A stretch of 64,000 nucleotides of DNA from Squalus acanthias (Eukaryota), in contig JASTWF010000326.1 of assembly GCA_030390025.1 (NCBI GenBank), forward strand, positions 310,001-374,000. The letters are read 5' to 3'. This document shows positions 13,262-26,917 of this stretch, one piece after another (positions within the stretch are counted from its first letter, which is position 1; each line of letters starts with the position of its first letter). Under the pieces are notes generated by a model, which saw only the letters and a program-made list of their open reading frames with translations, was not told the origin of the DNA and made no database searches. Both the position numbers and the translations under genes were made by a program.

Positions 13262-13424
13262 TGATGCGGAGATGCCGGTGTTGGACTGGGGTGGACAAAA
13301 GTGAGAAGTCGCACAACACCAGGTTATTGTCCAACAGTTTTATTTGAAATCACAAGCTTTCGGAGCTGCTGCCCCTTCGTCAGGTGAAGTGAAGGAATAC
13401 GAATCGGCAAAGCATATATAGATA
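13262..13424 (-). mobile_element. Penelope terminal-repeat fragment with 13-bp TSD
   Basis: Reverse complement matches 10455-10583; direct repeat TATATAAATGCAA at 13249-13261 and 13425-13437. Confidence 0.8.
13350..13387 (-). ncRNA. Minimal type-I hammerhead ribozyme motif (second copy)
   Basis: Reverse complement TCAC-CTGACGA-A-GGGGC(AGCA)GCTCC-GAAA-GC-TT-GTGA; perfect stem I, stem II with one G-U pair, AAGCTT palindrome. Confidence 0.8.
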
Positions 13425-14279
13425 TATATAAATGCAAGTTGTTGATAGGGAAGGGGAAGAGAGATGATGAGCAGGCATGAGAGACAATGAACGAGCAAAA
13501 GATAGATTGCGAGGGGGGGGGTGGGAGTGAGAGCGAAGGGGTAATCATGGTTAGCAGGAGAGGGCAGGTGGTAGGGTAGGGGAAAAGAGTTGGGGGGAAA
13601 ACATGCTTAGTGTTGGGGAGTGGGTCTTGAAACATGGTCAGTGGATGTGAACATATTCCACAAGGGAGGAGAGGCTTTGAACCACATTTGGGGGTCTTGT
13701 AGATCACAGTTCCATGGCAGGTTCCTTGCACAGCCCCATCAGAAACCTGTTGTGGTCACTAATTTCCAGAGGCTCCACAACTTTTTCCATTATGAATGTT
13801 AACCTGATCGCTAATAATTTGCAGATCTATATGCAAACCACCCCAAGGCAGCCTTTGTTCAGGTGCATTTTGGGCAGTGAGATATTAGAACGTGCCTGAT
13901 AATCACCACACTGAACCAGCCTCTATTTACGGGGTCAGCCTAACTTGCATCATGTAAACTCCAGGCATCAGTCATTTTTCTGGAAGCTCACCCATTAGTT
14001 GGCAGGAAAAGGCCTTCAGCGGCTTAAAGAGTAACTGTTGTTTCCAGTTGCAAAAACCAAGGTGCATAATATTCAACCATGTCTAGAATTAGTCTACCTA
14101 GAAAACCTGTCAATTCTCTCTCTTTTCCATTGGGAATAAAGACCTTTGCATTGAGTCTTATGGCAGACAATATATTTTATATATACTGAGGCAGTGCATT
14201 CATACAACTATGATACCTTTTGCACTTTACTCACCTCTATCCTGCTTTGTCATTTTAGCATACCTATTTTTTTGAAACT

Positions 14280-14525
14280 TCTTTACCCAAAGAGTGGTGA
14301 GAATGTGGAACTCGCTACCACAGGGAGTGGTTGAATCGAATAGTATAGATGCATTTAAGGGGAGGCTGGACAAGCATATGAGGGAGAAAGGAATAGAGGG
14401 TTATGCTGATAGATTTAGATGAGGAAAGACAGGAGGAGGCTCGTGTGGAGCATAAATGCCGGCATGAACTGGTTGGGCCGAATTCCCTGTTTCTGTGCCG
14501 TATATCCTATGTAATCCTATGTAAT
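14280..14525 (+). mobile_element. CR1 LINE 3' end
   Basis: FTQRVVRMWNSLP motif, GGGCCGAAT 3' hairpin region and CCTATGTAAT tandem tail. Confidence 0.75.
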
Positions 14526-14664
14526 TTTCTCATGCTGCATCAGCGGACACAAAATTACAGCTTTCTTTTTAAATCTGCACAGGCAGGAGTTGGGGGAAAA
14601 AGGTAAAAATTACCCTGTTCAAGCAGAGATTTCAACTGATGAGGCAAGCACCATCCTGGCTTAG

Positions 14665-14875
14665 AAGTATATCGCCGATCCTTCATTGTCGCTGGGTCAA
14701 AATCCTGGAACTCACTCCGTAACAGCACTGTGGGAGTACCTTCACCACACAGACTGCAGCAGTTTAAGGCGGCGGCTCACCACCACCACCACCTTCTCAA
14801 GGGCAATTAGGGATGGGCAATAAATGCTGGCCTTGCCAGCGATGCCCACATCCCATGAACAAATTTTAAAAAAAG
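14665..14875 (+). mobile_element. 3' end of a second LINE family (CR1 group)
   Basis: GGGTCAAAATCCTGGAACTC...AATAAATGCTGGCCTTGCCAGCGATGCCCACATCCC plus A-rich tail; same family as 30781-31225 and 58568-59538. Confidence 0.75.
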
Positions 14876-16151
14876 TTCCTGACCATTGTCTGGTGTTGAG
14901 GGATAATCTGGAAACAACTCCCGTGATGTACACAGTCTTTCAGATCAAAGTGAAGGTGACAGCCATCATCACCCTCTGTGCTACTGTGGATGGCCTTAAA
15001 GGCCTCATCCACCAATTCACGGGATTTAATTGTGCACCCAGACAATAGCTGCATTGATAAGGATGACAGATTGCCACATTCAGATACTACAGAACAGCAA
15101 CAGAAATCAGTTGATTTTCCGACCACAGTTGAGCTCCAAAGGGTTTTTGGAAGCAAATGATGACGTGGACATATTGAACTTTCGAGTGAACCGCTAAATA
15201 CAAAGTCAATTATGTCATCTGTCCAGTCCTAGCACCTGGATGTGCCAGTGTTTGGGCCTGAAATCCCACACCCGAGAGCAGCACCTGCATACTCCATAGC
15301 ACAGAAAACTGCATTTGCTAGCATGCTGAGTAACGTTGAGTAACTCTGCTAAGCAGTCATTTATTATTGGTATGAAATTCCTCTACTTCTAACCTTCACT
15401 TTCCGTTGCCCCTGGATTGTCTACTTTTCTTTTCTTGAGACACTGAAACTGTCCTACCTAATCTCCTCCTTTCCCTAACCTCCCCCAAATATCAGATTAC
15501 AATTCTCTACAAACCTTGTTTTCCTGAACAGCTCCTTAGATCAGTTGAATTCATTGAAATCATTCCACTGGATTCTTTTACTCGATTTCATCTGAAATTG
15601 GGCAGGATCATGGCAGAAAATGAGGGAAAATTCAGGTGGCGAGACCTCCCCTTGTCTATTGTAATCATAACCACAGTTCCCCAGTTTTGTTATCGATACA
15701 ATTTAGGTTAGATTCCCTTTATTTTGTGTTGGTTTCCATTTTTGTCTTTCTAAACCCAAATTGTGAATAATCAGCAATTATAGTTAGTCTTTCTGGGCAA
15801 TCATAAAATACCTCACACCAATGTGTTGGAAAGTCTTTGATCCTTTTTTCATTGTGATCAGGGGGAGATAAAACACAAGAGCAAACTGCAAACTAAGAGG
15901 TTAGAAATGCTGAAGGAGAGTTAAAAATCATCTGTGTGTGTTCTTTATTTTGTATTATTACATGAAGGTAAGTTGTATTGATTGAACGAAGTGAGCTCAG
16001 CCATATCTGTTGCTCTGTATGTTCAACTTACTGTGAAATAAAGCAGTTGATTCATTTGTATCAAGCCTCATCTTACCAAATGTTTATTCATCCACCTTTG
16101 GACAGATGAAAGAAATAAATGAATGACACAAATATCCAGTTCAGGCCCTAA

Positions 16152-17403
16152 GTCAGAGAGTCATAGAGTCATAGATTTATACAGCACAGAAAGAGGCCCT
16201 TCGGCCCATCGTGTCCACGCCGGCCATCAAGCCCCATCTATTCTAAATAACAACAGAAAATGCTGGAAAAACTCAGCAGGCCAGGCAGCATCCGTGGAGA
16301 GAGAAACAGAGTTAACGTTTCAGGTCGAAGACCTTTCGTCATCTATTCTAATCACATTTTTCAAGCACTTGGTCCGTAGCCTTTTATGCTATTGCGTTTC
16401 AAATGCTCATCTGAATGCTTCTTGAATGTTGAGGGTTCCTGCCTCTACCACCCTTTCAGTCAGCAAGTTCCAGATTCCAACCACCCTCTGGGTGAAAAAG
16501 TTTTTCCTCAAATCCCCTCGAAACCTCCTGCCCCTTACCTTGAAACTATGTCCCCTGGTTATTGACCCCTCTACTAAGGGGAAAAGTTCCTTTCTATCTC
16601 CCTCATAACTTTGTACACCGCAATCAGGTCCCCCCTCAGCCTTCTCTGCTCTAAGGAAAACAACCCCAGCCTGTCCAGTCTCTCTTCATAGCTGAAGCGC
16701 TCCAGCCCAGGTAACATCCTGGTGAATCTCCTCTGCACCCTCTCCAAGGCAATCACATCCTTCCTATAGTGTGGTGACCAGAACTGCACACAGTATTCCA
16801 GCTGTGGCCTAACTAGCACTTTGTACAGCTCCATCATAACCTCCCTGATCTTATATTCTATGCCTCAGCTAATGAAGGCAAGTATCCCATATGCCTTTTT
16901 AACCACCTTATCTACCTGTCCTGCTGCCTTCAGGGATCTATGTGCATGCACACCAAGGTCCCTCTGATCCTCTGTCCTTCCTAGGATCCTACCATTCATT
17001 GTTTATTCCCTTGCCTTGTTAGTCCTCCCAAAATGCATCACCTCACACTTTTCAGGGTTAAATTCCATTTGCCACTGTTCTGCCCATCTGACCAACCCGT
17101 CTATATCATCCTGTAGCCTGAGGCTTCCCTCCTCGCTATTTACCACCCCACCAATTTTCGTGTCATCTGCGAACTTACTGATCATACCTCCTTCATTCAT
17201 ATCTAAATCATTAATGTACACTACAAACAGCAAAGGACCCATCACCGATCCCTGCGGTACACCACTGGATACAGGCTTCCTGTCACAAAAACAACCTTCG
17301 ACCATCACCCTCTGCCTCCTGCCACTAAGCCAATTTTGGATCCAATGTACCAAATTGCCCTGGATCCCATGGGCTCTTCCCTTCTTGACCAGTCTCCCAT
17401 GCG
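16152..17403 (-). mobile_element. 5'-truncated CR1 LINE (RT C-terminal half)
   Basis: ORFs 17003-17353 (SGVPQGSVMGP, KFADDTK) and 16574-16837 ([15 protein letters not shown]); GAGTCATA tandem tail at ~16158. Confidence 0.9.
16247..16339 (-). mobile_element. ~93-nt Penelope-derived insert nested in CR1, 12-bp TSD
   Basis: Direct repeat CATCTATTCTAA at 16235-16246 and 16340-16351; reverse complement begins ACGAAAGGTCTTCGACCTGAAACGTTAACTC. Confidence 0.85.
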
Positions 17404-17510
17404 GGTGGGTACTCTTGCATGATTGTGTAATCTAGGGGTGTGATGTGTAGCTTTAGGGCAGTGCGAGTTGACTTTCAAAATGATATGCTCACACCACTTA
17501 GTTGAGTGAC

Positions 17511-17770
17511 TAGAATCATACAGCACAGGAGGCCATTTGGCCCATCGAGTCTACCCCAGCTCTTCTCGAAGAGCAATCCAGTTAGTCTTACTCTCCTGCT
17601 CTTTCCCCATATCCCTGCAATTTTTTCTCCTTCAAGTATTTATCCAGTTCCCTTTTGAAGGCTACTATTGAATCTGTATCCACGACCCTATCAGGCAGTG
17701 CATTCCAAATCCTAACCACTCATTGTGTAAAAATGTTTTTCCTCATATCGCCTCTGGTTCTTTTGGCAAG
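17511..17770 (-). mobile_element. CR1 LINE 3' end
   Basis: GGCCATTTGGCCCATCGAG tail motif; reverse-strand FTQ.VVRIWNALP remnant. Confidence 0.7.
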
Positions 17771-18382
17771 ACCCGAATTGGTAATGGTGACGTTTCATTT
17801 TAAAATGTGTTCAAAACTGTTTTCTCCGTCAATATGTTACTAATCTAACATGACAAAAAAGAAAGCAAACATTTAGGAAGCAGTGACCATAATATACTTA
17901 GGTTTAGTGCAAGAATGGAAAAAGAAATCAAGTTCAACAGTACTAATTGGAAAGTAAAATATAGTGAGATAAAAAGGGGCCTTTGCTCAGATTAAAAGGA
18001 AAAAAAAAGTTTGCAAAAGAGAACTGAAGATTAGCAGCAGGAAATATTTAAACAAGATATTAAAAGGGTACAAATCAATAATATTCCAGAAACAAAAAAA
18101 ATGGAAGTGCAAAGGATATGGGGAATGAGAATGGAATTAAACTACATGATTTTCCTCTTATGTGGTCGAGCATCAGATGATTGGCCCCCTCTACAATCCA
18201 CCCAGGCAATGAAACGAGGAGGATCACACGCTTATAACAAAGCACACCTAATATTCTCATCCATGAACTGAACAGAAATTGGACAGGCTCCATTATGGGT
18301 GTGCAAGCCACTCAACTAATCTTTCTCGATCATGTTCTGCCAAGGTGACCAAGTACAAGAGACTGTTAACTCTAACTTCTTT

Positions 18383-18480
18383 CAGTTCTGATGAAAGATG
18401 AAAGACCTGAAACGTTAACTCTGTTTCTCACCACAGATGCGACCTGACCTGCTGAGTGTTTCCAGCTTTTTCTGTCTTCA
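18383..18480 (+). mobile_element. Penelope-derived short insert (hammerhead core intact, stem II damaged)
   Basis: AGTT-CTGATGA-AAGATGAAAGACCT-GAAA-CGTT-AACT followed by the family tail. Confidence 0.7.
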
Positions 18481-20449
18481 TTAAGAGAGAGAGAGAAAGG
18501 TGCCCTGGTGGCTCATGTGTGGACAACACAATGCAGACTTAAATGGACCAAATGGCCTTTTCTGTGCTGTAACATTGCATGATTTTTCTGAGAGAGAGAG
18601 AGAAAAAGAGCCATCATCTTCCATCACTCGCTCCAGTCCCCTGATAGTGCCATGTGCCAAGTACCATACATAGCTCAATGATGTAGCACACTAGGAAACC
18701 TATAACTGAATACAAGTAACTCATATCAGCATTACTTTCAGTGCATTTTAATAAGCTATTTACTATCCGCAATCCTGCATAAAGCCAATGGAGGAAGTCA
18801 TTCCACAGATGAACGGCAGCACTTTGGTTACATATCACTTTGTGTTACTGTGGATATTTAGAAAACAATGACATTTTAGACGCACACCATAGTCTGAGTG
18901 ATGTTGTTCCATGAACACTAAGGGCATATCAAATTTTTCTCAATCGTATTTTAATGTGGGTATTACCCAGATTAAAACAAAATGGATTAACAGCTCGGTT
19001 AAAATGTTGGCGAGGAATTTGATACGAGTATTATGAGCATTTCCATACTATCATTGCGCACAATTTCTAAGCTCATATTCAAAGCAGCGTCACTGTTGCT
19101 CCTGTCGCGCAGGTTCTTCCTCATTCTCCTTTAGAAAGGGTTCAGCTTTGCAACCTGAGCAGCCAGTTCTTTGACATTATGATTGGCAGCCATTGGTACC
19201 TACATAAATCTCAAATCAGGGCTATTTTTCACACTGGACTTCTGGTGGGTATTATTTCCTTTAGTGGTCAAATGTTAGCAACTTAATTTGTCAAGTATTA
19301 TCTATTTCTTTTGAAAAACCAGAGTAGTTTTTTTTTAAATTACATATTATTGCCAGGAAACAATCCTAATGATCGACTAATTATGCAGATCAATATCATA
19401 CCTCCCCCTTTCAATTCGTCGACCAGGTTTACAAAAGTAAAAAGGTTTAAAAAAGAAACCCTTAATTTTACAATTATTTGATTTTGGTAAAACAACCCAG
19501 TATACAGCGACCAATAGAGCGATAACTAGAACCTAAACAGGATCGAACACCACTACCTTCGTGGTGGTGATGGCAATGGAATTGTTGGTTACACATTAAA
19601 ACCAGTCCCTTCAGACTTGGAAGAATGCAATATGCTTAATTTCAGAAGAACTTACTTTGTAATTCACATCCAATTCCTATGTTTTCAGCGCATAAATCAA
19701 GAACAGTTGAAGGTTGGAGAAGAAATCAAAGGCTAAAAGAAAACGCATTTGCCCAAATAAACTTGCTGTTGTGAACGTAAATTCAACAGTGCAAGTCCCA
19801 TGGAGGCATAGGACTGTGCTTGCGTTATGTCACTGTTGTTTACATTTACAGGTTAGGGAGCAAAGAAACATTCAAGCCATGTACTTAATACCCCGCAGGG
19901 AAAAAGACGCCCAATACCTATTGAGTGAACAGTAACTACTATTATGCATGGATGATTATACATCAGCCTATATAGAATACTATACATACCCAAATTGCTT
20001 TCCCGTTGTGAGTGCTGCCATGACAACAGCCAGGGCCCTGTTGATGCTGTGCATTTTCAGTGAGACAGATCATTTTGCTGATATCATTGGAGATCATCAA
20101 AACGCAGATCCCAACACCTGCACCATGACATCTTTGTAATTATGATACAGAGACCAACATTGGTCCACTACCACTTCAGCACCTATTGTTGCTCAAGCCT
20201 GCATCAGGGCACCTTGATATTTACACTGCCAGCATAAACCTTCAAATTCTGCATTTGAAGTGAATATTCAGGCTTTTTTTATATACTAGTGAACAGGACT
20301 GACAGAAGGAAAATGCACGCATTTTACTTGGAAACCTGGCATGTTTCATCAGCAATTGCAATCCTACTTGCAAAGACTGCTCCCAAAATGTACAATTAAA
20401 AGGCTTGAGATTACTTGTGACTTGATATTAAAGACAGAGGGGAAGCTCC

Positions 20450-20780
20450 CCCCAATGGTTCACTGAGTTCATCCAGTGAATAGATGACCAGGAAGATCCC
20501 ATCTTTGATCCCTGGTCTGTGCTAAATAAGCTGATGTCAGCCAAGACAGAGGTACGGGTACTACAACTGGCCTCAGGACCCTTAGGTTAAGAGGGGAAAA
20601 CTGGCCAGGATTCCTGCTCCTAATCAATATTCAGAGTAGGCCCCTGCTGGAAGCACTGCATATGGATGGCAGGGGGAAGGAGAGGACTGGGATCTGCTGT
20701 ATGGCCTGTGCTATCAAAAAGAATACTGACACTCACTTTCAAGGCTTATATGCATGACCTTGGGCGAGGTACTGGCACCT
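20450..20780 (+). mobile_element. Old tRNA-derived SINE
   Basis: Degenerate B-box region GACCAGGAAGATCCCATCTTTGATCCCTGGTCTGTGCT followed by a body resembling ancient vertebrate SINEs; recognised by eye only. Confidence 0.4.
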
Positions 20781-21026
20781 GCATAAATATATGCCAGCAT
20801 GGAGTCAATGGGGAGGCAAAAAAACACTAAGGGCAGGTTTTTTTTGTTACTCCTACTCCTCCAGGCCCCACAAAAGGAAACAAACTTACCTGGAGTGCCT
20901 CTTCAGCTTCCCGATTCACTTCCCTCAACCCTTCACCAGACGGGAAAGCTGGGGGCGACTTTCCTGCTCAGGCCAAAGTTAAAATCACTTGTTGGTACCC
21001 AATGACATCATTGGACCCCAATTAGC

Positions 21027-23860
21027 AAACAACAACAACAACTTGTATTTACATAGCGCCTTTGACACAGTAAAAAAGTCCCAAGGCGCTTCACAGGAGT
21101 ATTACAAGACAAAAAATTGACACCGAGCCACATAAGGGGAAATTAGGGCAGGTGACCAAAAGCTTGGTCAAAGAGGTAGGCTTTAAGGAGCGTCTTAAAG
21201 GAGGAAAGAGAGGTAGAGAGGCATAGAGGTTTCAGCAGGGAATTCCAGAGCTTAGGGCCTAGGCAACAGAAGGCACGGCCACCAATGGTTGAGCGATTAT
21301 AATCAGGGATGCTCAAGAGGGCAGAATTAGAGGAACGCAGATATCTCGGGGGGTTGTGGGGCTGGAGGAAATTACAGAGATCGGGAGGGGCGAGGCCATG
21401 GAGGGATTTGAAAACAAGGATGAGAATTTTGAAATCGAGATGTTGCTTAACCGGGAGACAATGTAGGTCAGCGAGCACAGGGGTGATGTGTGAACGGAAC
21501 TTGGTGCAAGTTAGGACACGGGCAGCCGAGTTTTGGATGACCTCAGGTTTACGTAGGGTAGAACGTGGGAGGCCAGCCAGGAGTGCGTTGGAATAGTCAA
21601 GTCTAGAGGTAACAAAGGCATGGATGAGGGTTGCAGCAGCGAATGAGCTGAAGCAAGGGCGGAGACGGGCAATGTTACAGAGGTGGAAACAGGCGGTCTT
21701 AGTTATGCCGCGAATATGTGGTCAGAAGCTCATTTCAGGGTCGAATAGGATACCAAGGTTGCGAACAGTGTGGTTCAGCCTCAGACAGATGTTAGGGAGA
21801 GGGATGGAGTCAGTGGTTATGGAACGGAGTTTGTGGCAGGGACTGAAAACAATGGCTTCGGTCTTCCCAATATTTAATTAGAGAAAATTTCTGCTCATCC
21901 AGAACTGGATGTTGGACAAACAGTCTGACAATTTAGAGATGGTGGAGGGGTCGAACGAAGTGGTGGTGAGGTAGAGCTGGGTGCCGTCAGCGTACATGTG
22001 GAAACTGACGCTGTGTTTTTGGATGATGTCGCCAAGGGGCAGCATGTAGATGAGAAATAGGAGAGGGCCAAGGATAGATCCTTGGGGGACACCAGAGGTA
22101 ACGATGCGAGAGCGGGAAGAGAAGCCATTGCAGGTGATTCTCTGGCTACGATTAGATAGATAAGAATGGAACCAGGCAAGTGCAGTCCCGCCCAGCTGGA
22201 TGATGGTGGAGAGGCGTTGGAGGAGGATGGAGTGGTCAACCAGGTCAAAGACTGCAAGAAGGAAAAGGAGGGATAGTTTACCTTTGTCACAGTCACATAG
22301 GATGCCATTTGTGACTTTGATGAGAGCTGTTTTGGTACTGTGGTGGGGGCGGAAACCTGATCGGAGGGATTCAAACATTCAGTTGCGGGAAAGATGGGCA
22401 CGGAGTTGGGAGGCAACAACACGTTCAAGGACTTTGGAGATGAAAGGGAGGTTGGAATTGAAAGGGAGGTTGGAGATGGGGCGGTAATTTGCAAGGACGG
22501 AGGGGCCAAGGTTGTTTTTTTTTTTGAGGAGGAGGTGATGACGGCAGATTTGAGGGAGAGGGGTAATAGTACCCGAGGAGAGAGAACCATTAACAATGTC
22601 AGCTAACATGGGAGACAGAAAAGGAAGTTGGGTGGTCAGTAGTTTGTTGGGAATAGGATCGAAGGAGCAGGAAGTGGGCGTCATGGACAAGATTAGTGCG
22701 GAGAGGTCATGAGGCGAGAAAGTGGAAAAAGGTGCGAGTTCAGGGCTAGGGCAGGGGGGAACCTTCGAGGAGGTTTGGCCCAGTGGGCTAGGAGAAGGAA
22801 GGGATGTGGCAGAGGCTGTTGAATGGATGGTCTCAATCTTAGGGACAAAGAAGTCCATGAGCTCCTCACATTTGTTGTCGGGGGTGAGGGTGAAGGAGAC
22901 AGGGAAGAGGGGTTTAAGAAGACGGTTAGCAGTAGAGAATAGAAGCCGGGGTTTATCTTTGCATTCCAGAATGATTCTGGAATAGTGAGCAGTTTTGGCA
23001 GACGAGAGCAGGACCCAATAATGCTTTATGTGGTTCAGCCAGATCTGGTGGCGAGTGGCTAAACCAGTTGTCTGCCATATCCGTTCAAGTCTGCGTCCCT
23101 TGGACTTAAGGGAGCAAAGGTGAGGGCCGTACCAGGGGGAACGGCCAGGGTGAGAGAGAGTAATTGTTTTAATAGGGACTAGGGCATCAAAGGTGGTGGT
23201 GAGGGTGTGGTTGAGCAGATCGGTAGCTGCAGAAATGCAGACCATAGGTTGCACAGTTGGGATTTCGTAAGTGTAGTTGTAAGAGAGTTGGGAGAGAGTT
23301 TTTCCAGGGGGGGACACAGAAGGAAGTAGGGTTGTTGGCGGTGGGGGGGGGGGGGGGGGGAAGGGATGTGGGTTGATAGCGATATGAGGAAGTGGTCTGA
23401 GATGGCCTTATCTGTGACTGACATGATGGAAGTAGCGAGGCCACGAGAGATGGCAAGGTCGAAGGGGTGGCCATGAATATAGGTTGGGGAGTTTACATGG
23501 AGGGAGAGATTAAGGGAAGGTAGGAGGCTAGTGAACTCAGAAGAGATAGAGCATGATGAATTAAGATGGAGGTTGAAATCACTGAGGACGAGAAGTTACT
23601 CAGTGCAGAGGATGAGGGAGGAAAGCAGCAAAGATATTTGCAAATGTGAATTAGGAATCCAATTGCCTTGGCCGTCAAGATCTAAACCACCACTCCCATT
23701 TGCTCTCAGACAGCAGGTGCTGGTAATGGAGGATGGCTGTGCCAGAGCCACTGGAAGTGAAGGAGGTGTGGGTGAGTGCTTGGAGTGGGGGATCTCCATC
23801 AGTGCACGGCCGGCGGGGTGGTCCCCTGGGGTCCACCTGTCTTTCTCCGCCACATTACCG
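21027..23860 (-). mobile_element. L2 LINE, most of ORF2 (disrupted)
   Basis: ORFs 22379-23317, 21878-22378 (SGVPQGSILGP, HMYADGTQLY) and 21143-21478 (LADLHCLPV..FKILILVFKSLHGLAP); endonuclease remnant ISDHFLI at ~23400; (AAC)n tail at ~21030. Confidence 0.9.
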
Positions 23861-23869
23861 AGCCACGGC

Positions 23870-24210
23870 AATCATCTCCGCTTTGCCAGATTTTCCGTGC
23901 TTCCCGCCCCCTCTGCTATTCTGCAATAAGTCACACCTCCTCTGGACTCATCTTTTGTTGCTATACTTGTCTCATCATCACCCTCTTTTACCTCGCCATT
24001 TAATCACTCCTGCCCTCCACCCTATCACAGACCTTTCCCTTTTCCCTGGCTCTATGCCCCCTTTTCCCTGGCTCTACTCACTGAAAAGCTGTTCATGCCT
24101 AATATCTTCCAGTTCTAATGAATAGTCATTGACCTAAAACGTTACCTCTCTTTCTCTTCAACAATGCTGCCTGATGTGCTGAGTGTTTCCAGCATTTTCT
24201 GCTTTTATTA
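23870..24210 (+). mobile_element. Longer Penelope terminal fragment (parent of the ~95-nt inserts), decayed hammerhead at ~24111-24148
   Basis: Pyrimidine-rich body ending AGTTCTAATGAATAGTCATTGACCTAAAACGTTACCTCTC...TGCTGAGTGTTTCCAGCATTTTCTG. Confidence 0.6.
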
Positions 24211-26917
24211 GATAAACTAAAGCTAGCTTCTCATTGCAATACCTGCTCATCACAGTCATTATTTTTACAGCGTACTGCCATCCCTCAGATATAAATTTTC
24301 CTTTTTAAATTTCTTTAGCATACAGGATCATACCTCAATCTGTTTCAATGGCACTGTAGTTGATCGCTATTGATACTTCCTCGTCTCTGGAGAGCACTAT
24401 GCATTCACTCACCCCCTCCTCCGAGGACACAACTAACAGTGAACTCACTACAGCCAAGTCAGTGTGCAAAGAGCAAAAAAAAAAATCAAGGAAAGGAAAC
24501 ACTATCAAGAGGATGATTAGCAAGTATTGATTTACCGAACACTGGTATGAAGAGGTTTCATGTGGCTTATTTTCAGTTTAAACTGATTACTCTTCACAAA
24601 AATTGCACAGACACCTTACATAAGGTGAAGTAAATTCACTTAACCAGTGCAGTCATAGTAACTGAAAACTAATTACATCTCCCAATGTAACTGGTCATAA
24701 TTACCATGTATGCCAATAATGGCAGGCCCGAGTTCAGACTGTTTTTGTTGTAACCAGCTCAGTGCCTAACGCACACAGAATTCCATCATGATGCATGGCA
24801 CCTGCAAACTAAACTAAACTATGACAGTGGAGCTCTCCTGCCTACCCCCTAACAGAGCCGCACCTAATCTCAAAGAACTTGGGTACAGGTTGGCAAGTCA
24901 ACCTGTAAAACCTTCCTATCATCTTACCCAATCCCTGCTAGATTCCCACTTCACCCCACAAACTGATATCTCCTCCTGCTCACACAAGAGTTGGCCCAAC
25001 CTCTGAATGGAATTGTGACATTTTAAATGTTAGCACTCTCATTTTATCCCCCTATAAACATTAATCTGCAGCACGGAGGTGTCATTTTTAAGCCACGCAC
25101 CAATATCTGTTCTTTCAATGGTATGTTGGAAGATATTAAAAATTAAATGTTATCTGAACCAGAACAACCTTCAGAGATTAAAATTTAGGCTGCAAGGTCA
25201 GGACAATGCCAGCTGACAGATTCTATGATGGAGAGAATTATTTCTCCACTGAGCTACAGGCCATTTCACATAAGGCCTTTGTCTATTCTTTCCCCAAGGT
25301 GACAAATGTTCAGAAAATGGCTGGAGGTAAGACAGTCAACATCATTAGGTCTTAGCAATCAGAACCCCCCAGATTTTTTTTCCAGAGATTGTTCCCAGAA
25401 GAGCAAATGTCTGCATAAAACTGCTGGAGAAACCTTTTTCAATGCAGTTGGCATTGTACAGCAATGTCACCTTCCTCAGCATCAATAAATCTACAATCAT
25501 TCAAAAATTATCCAACCGTATTATACATGCCATTTGCACATCTAGAAGAGGCATAATTACATACATCAGGCTGGAAAGCTCTGCTTGCCAACTAACTAGG
25601 GGTGACATACTTTACAATTCAAAATGAGTAAATCACCAGCATTGGTGCAATTGTGCTTCTCTCTTTTGCTTCAATTGATCCTTTGTGGCTTGTTAAAGTT
25701 CTTTATTACTTCACTATTTAGCACCTTATCATACAAATATATGCACTTAAGATTACTTTCCTAAAATTAAATTGAGATTTAGGTTATTTAACAAACCCAC
25801 TAATATTTTAATTGAATTACTACCTGAACACATCAGGGTACCTTTATGTTGAGGCTAAGAAATCGGAAAAGCAGCACGGAAATGGCAAGCCATGACCTGC
25901 AGGTGAGAGTTTCCTTTAGTTCACAACCTCACTTTAATGGACAGTTCACCCAAATATATTGGTCCCATTGGAATGCCAATAGGAAGGATGCCCATGTTTT
26001 CCACAGCACTGGATCCAGGACCTGAACAATAGAGGTACAGAGTTCACCTCCTTTATGTTGTTCAACACTGGCGAAAATGAGAGCCCTCCATTACATAGAA
26101 TATACAGTACAGAAACAGGCCATTCGGCTCAACAAGTCCATGCCAGTGTTCATGCTCCACTTGAGCCTCCTCCTATCCTATCAGCTTCACCATAACCCTC
26201 TATTCCCTTCTCCCTCATATGCTTATCTAGCTTCCCCTTAAATGCATCGACACTATTCACCTCAACTACTCCCTGTGGTAGTGAGTTCCACTCTCTGGGT
26301 AAAGAAATTTCTTGGTGACTATCATATATTGATGGCTTCTAGTTTTGCTCTTCCCCACAAGTGGAAACACTCTGTCCACTCTATCAAAACCTTTCATAAT
26401 TTTAAAGAGCTCTATTAGGTCACCCCTCAGACTTCTGCCCTCAGATTTCTCTTTTCAAGAGAAAAAAAAGAGACCCAGCCTGTTCATCCTTTCCTGATAC
26501 CTCACAGTTCTGGTAACATCCTTGTAAATCTTCTCTGCACCCTCTCCAGTGCTTCTATATCCTTCTTATAATATGGCGACCAGAACTGCACAGTATACTC
26601 CAAGTGTGGTCTAACCAAGGTTCAATACAAGTTTAGCATAGTAACAATGCAAGTAACTTCTCTACTTTTCAATTCTATCCCTATAGAAATTCACACTACT
26701 GTTTGGTTTGCTAATGTTACGGCCTTATTGGTCTGCTTCGCAACTTTTAGTGATTTGTGTATTTGTACTCGCAAATCTCTTTGCTGCTCTAGCCCATTTA
26801 GATTCTTAATTTTCAAGTAATATGTGACCTATTTTCGTTACCAAAATGTAATACCTCACACTTATCAATGTAGAAATCCATTTGCCAATTATATGCCCAT
26901 TCTTCAAGTTTATTAAT

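Larger units (their letters stand above)
12560..13444 (+). mobile_element. L2 LINE 3' portion, interrupted near its tail by a Penelope fragment
   Basis: Remnants FKSVHGLTPSYLC and ends in GTGCTATATAAATGCAA...GTTGTTG; homologous to the L2 at 21-23.8 kb. Confidence 0.7.

Noticed and set aside
19656..19730. Exon-like segment on minus strand (TTTTCTTTTAG|...|GTAAGT)
   Set aside because: Stops in all three frames; only a non-coding or poison exon is possible, and nothing supports that.
21309..22985. Plus-strand ORFs over the L2 element (and similar ORFs antisense to CR1 copies)
   Set aside because: Antisense shadows of LINE ORF2.
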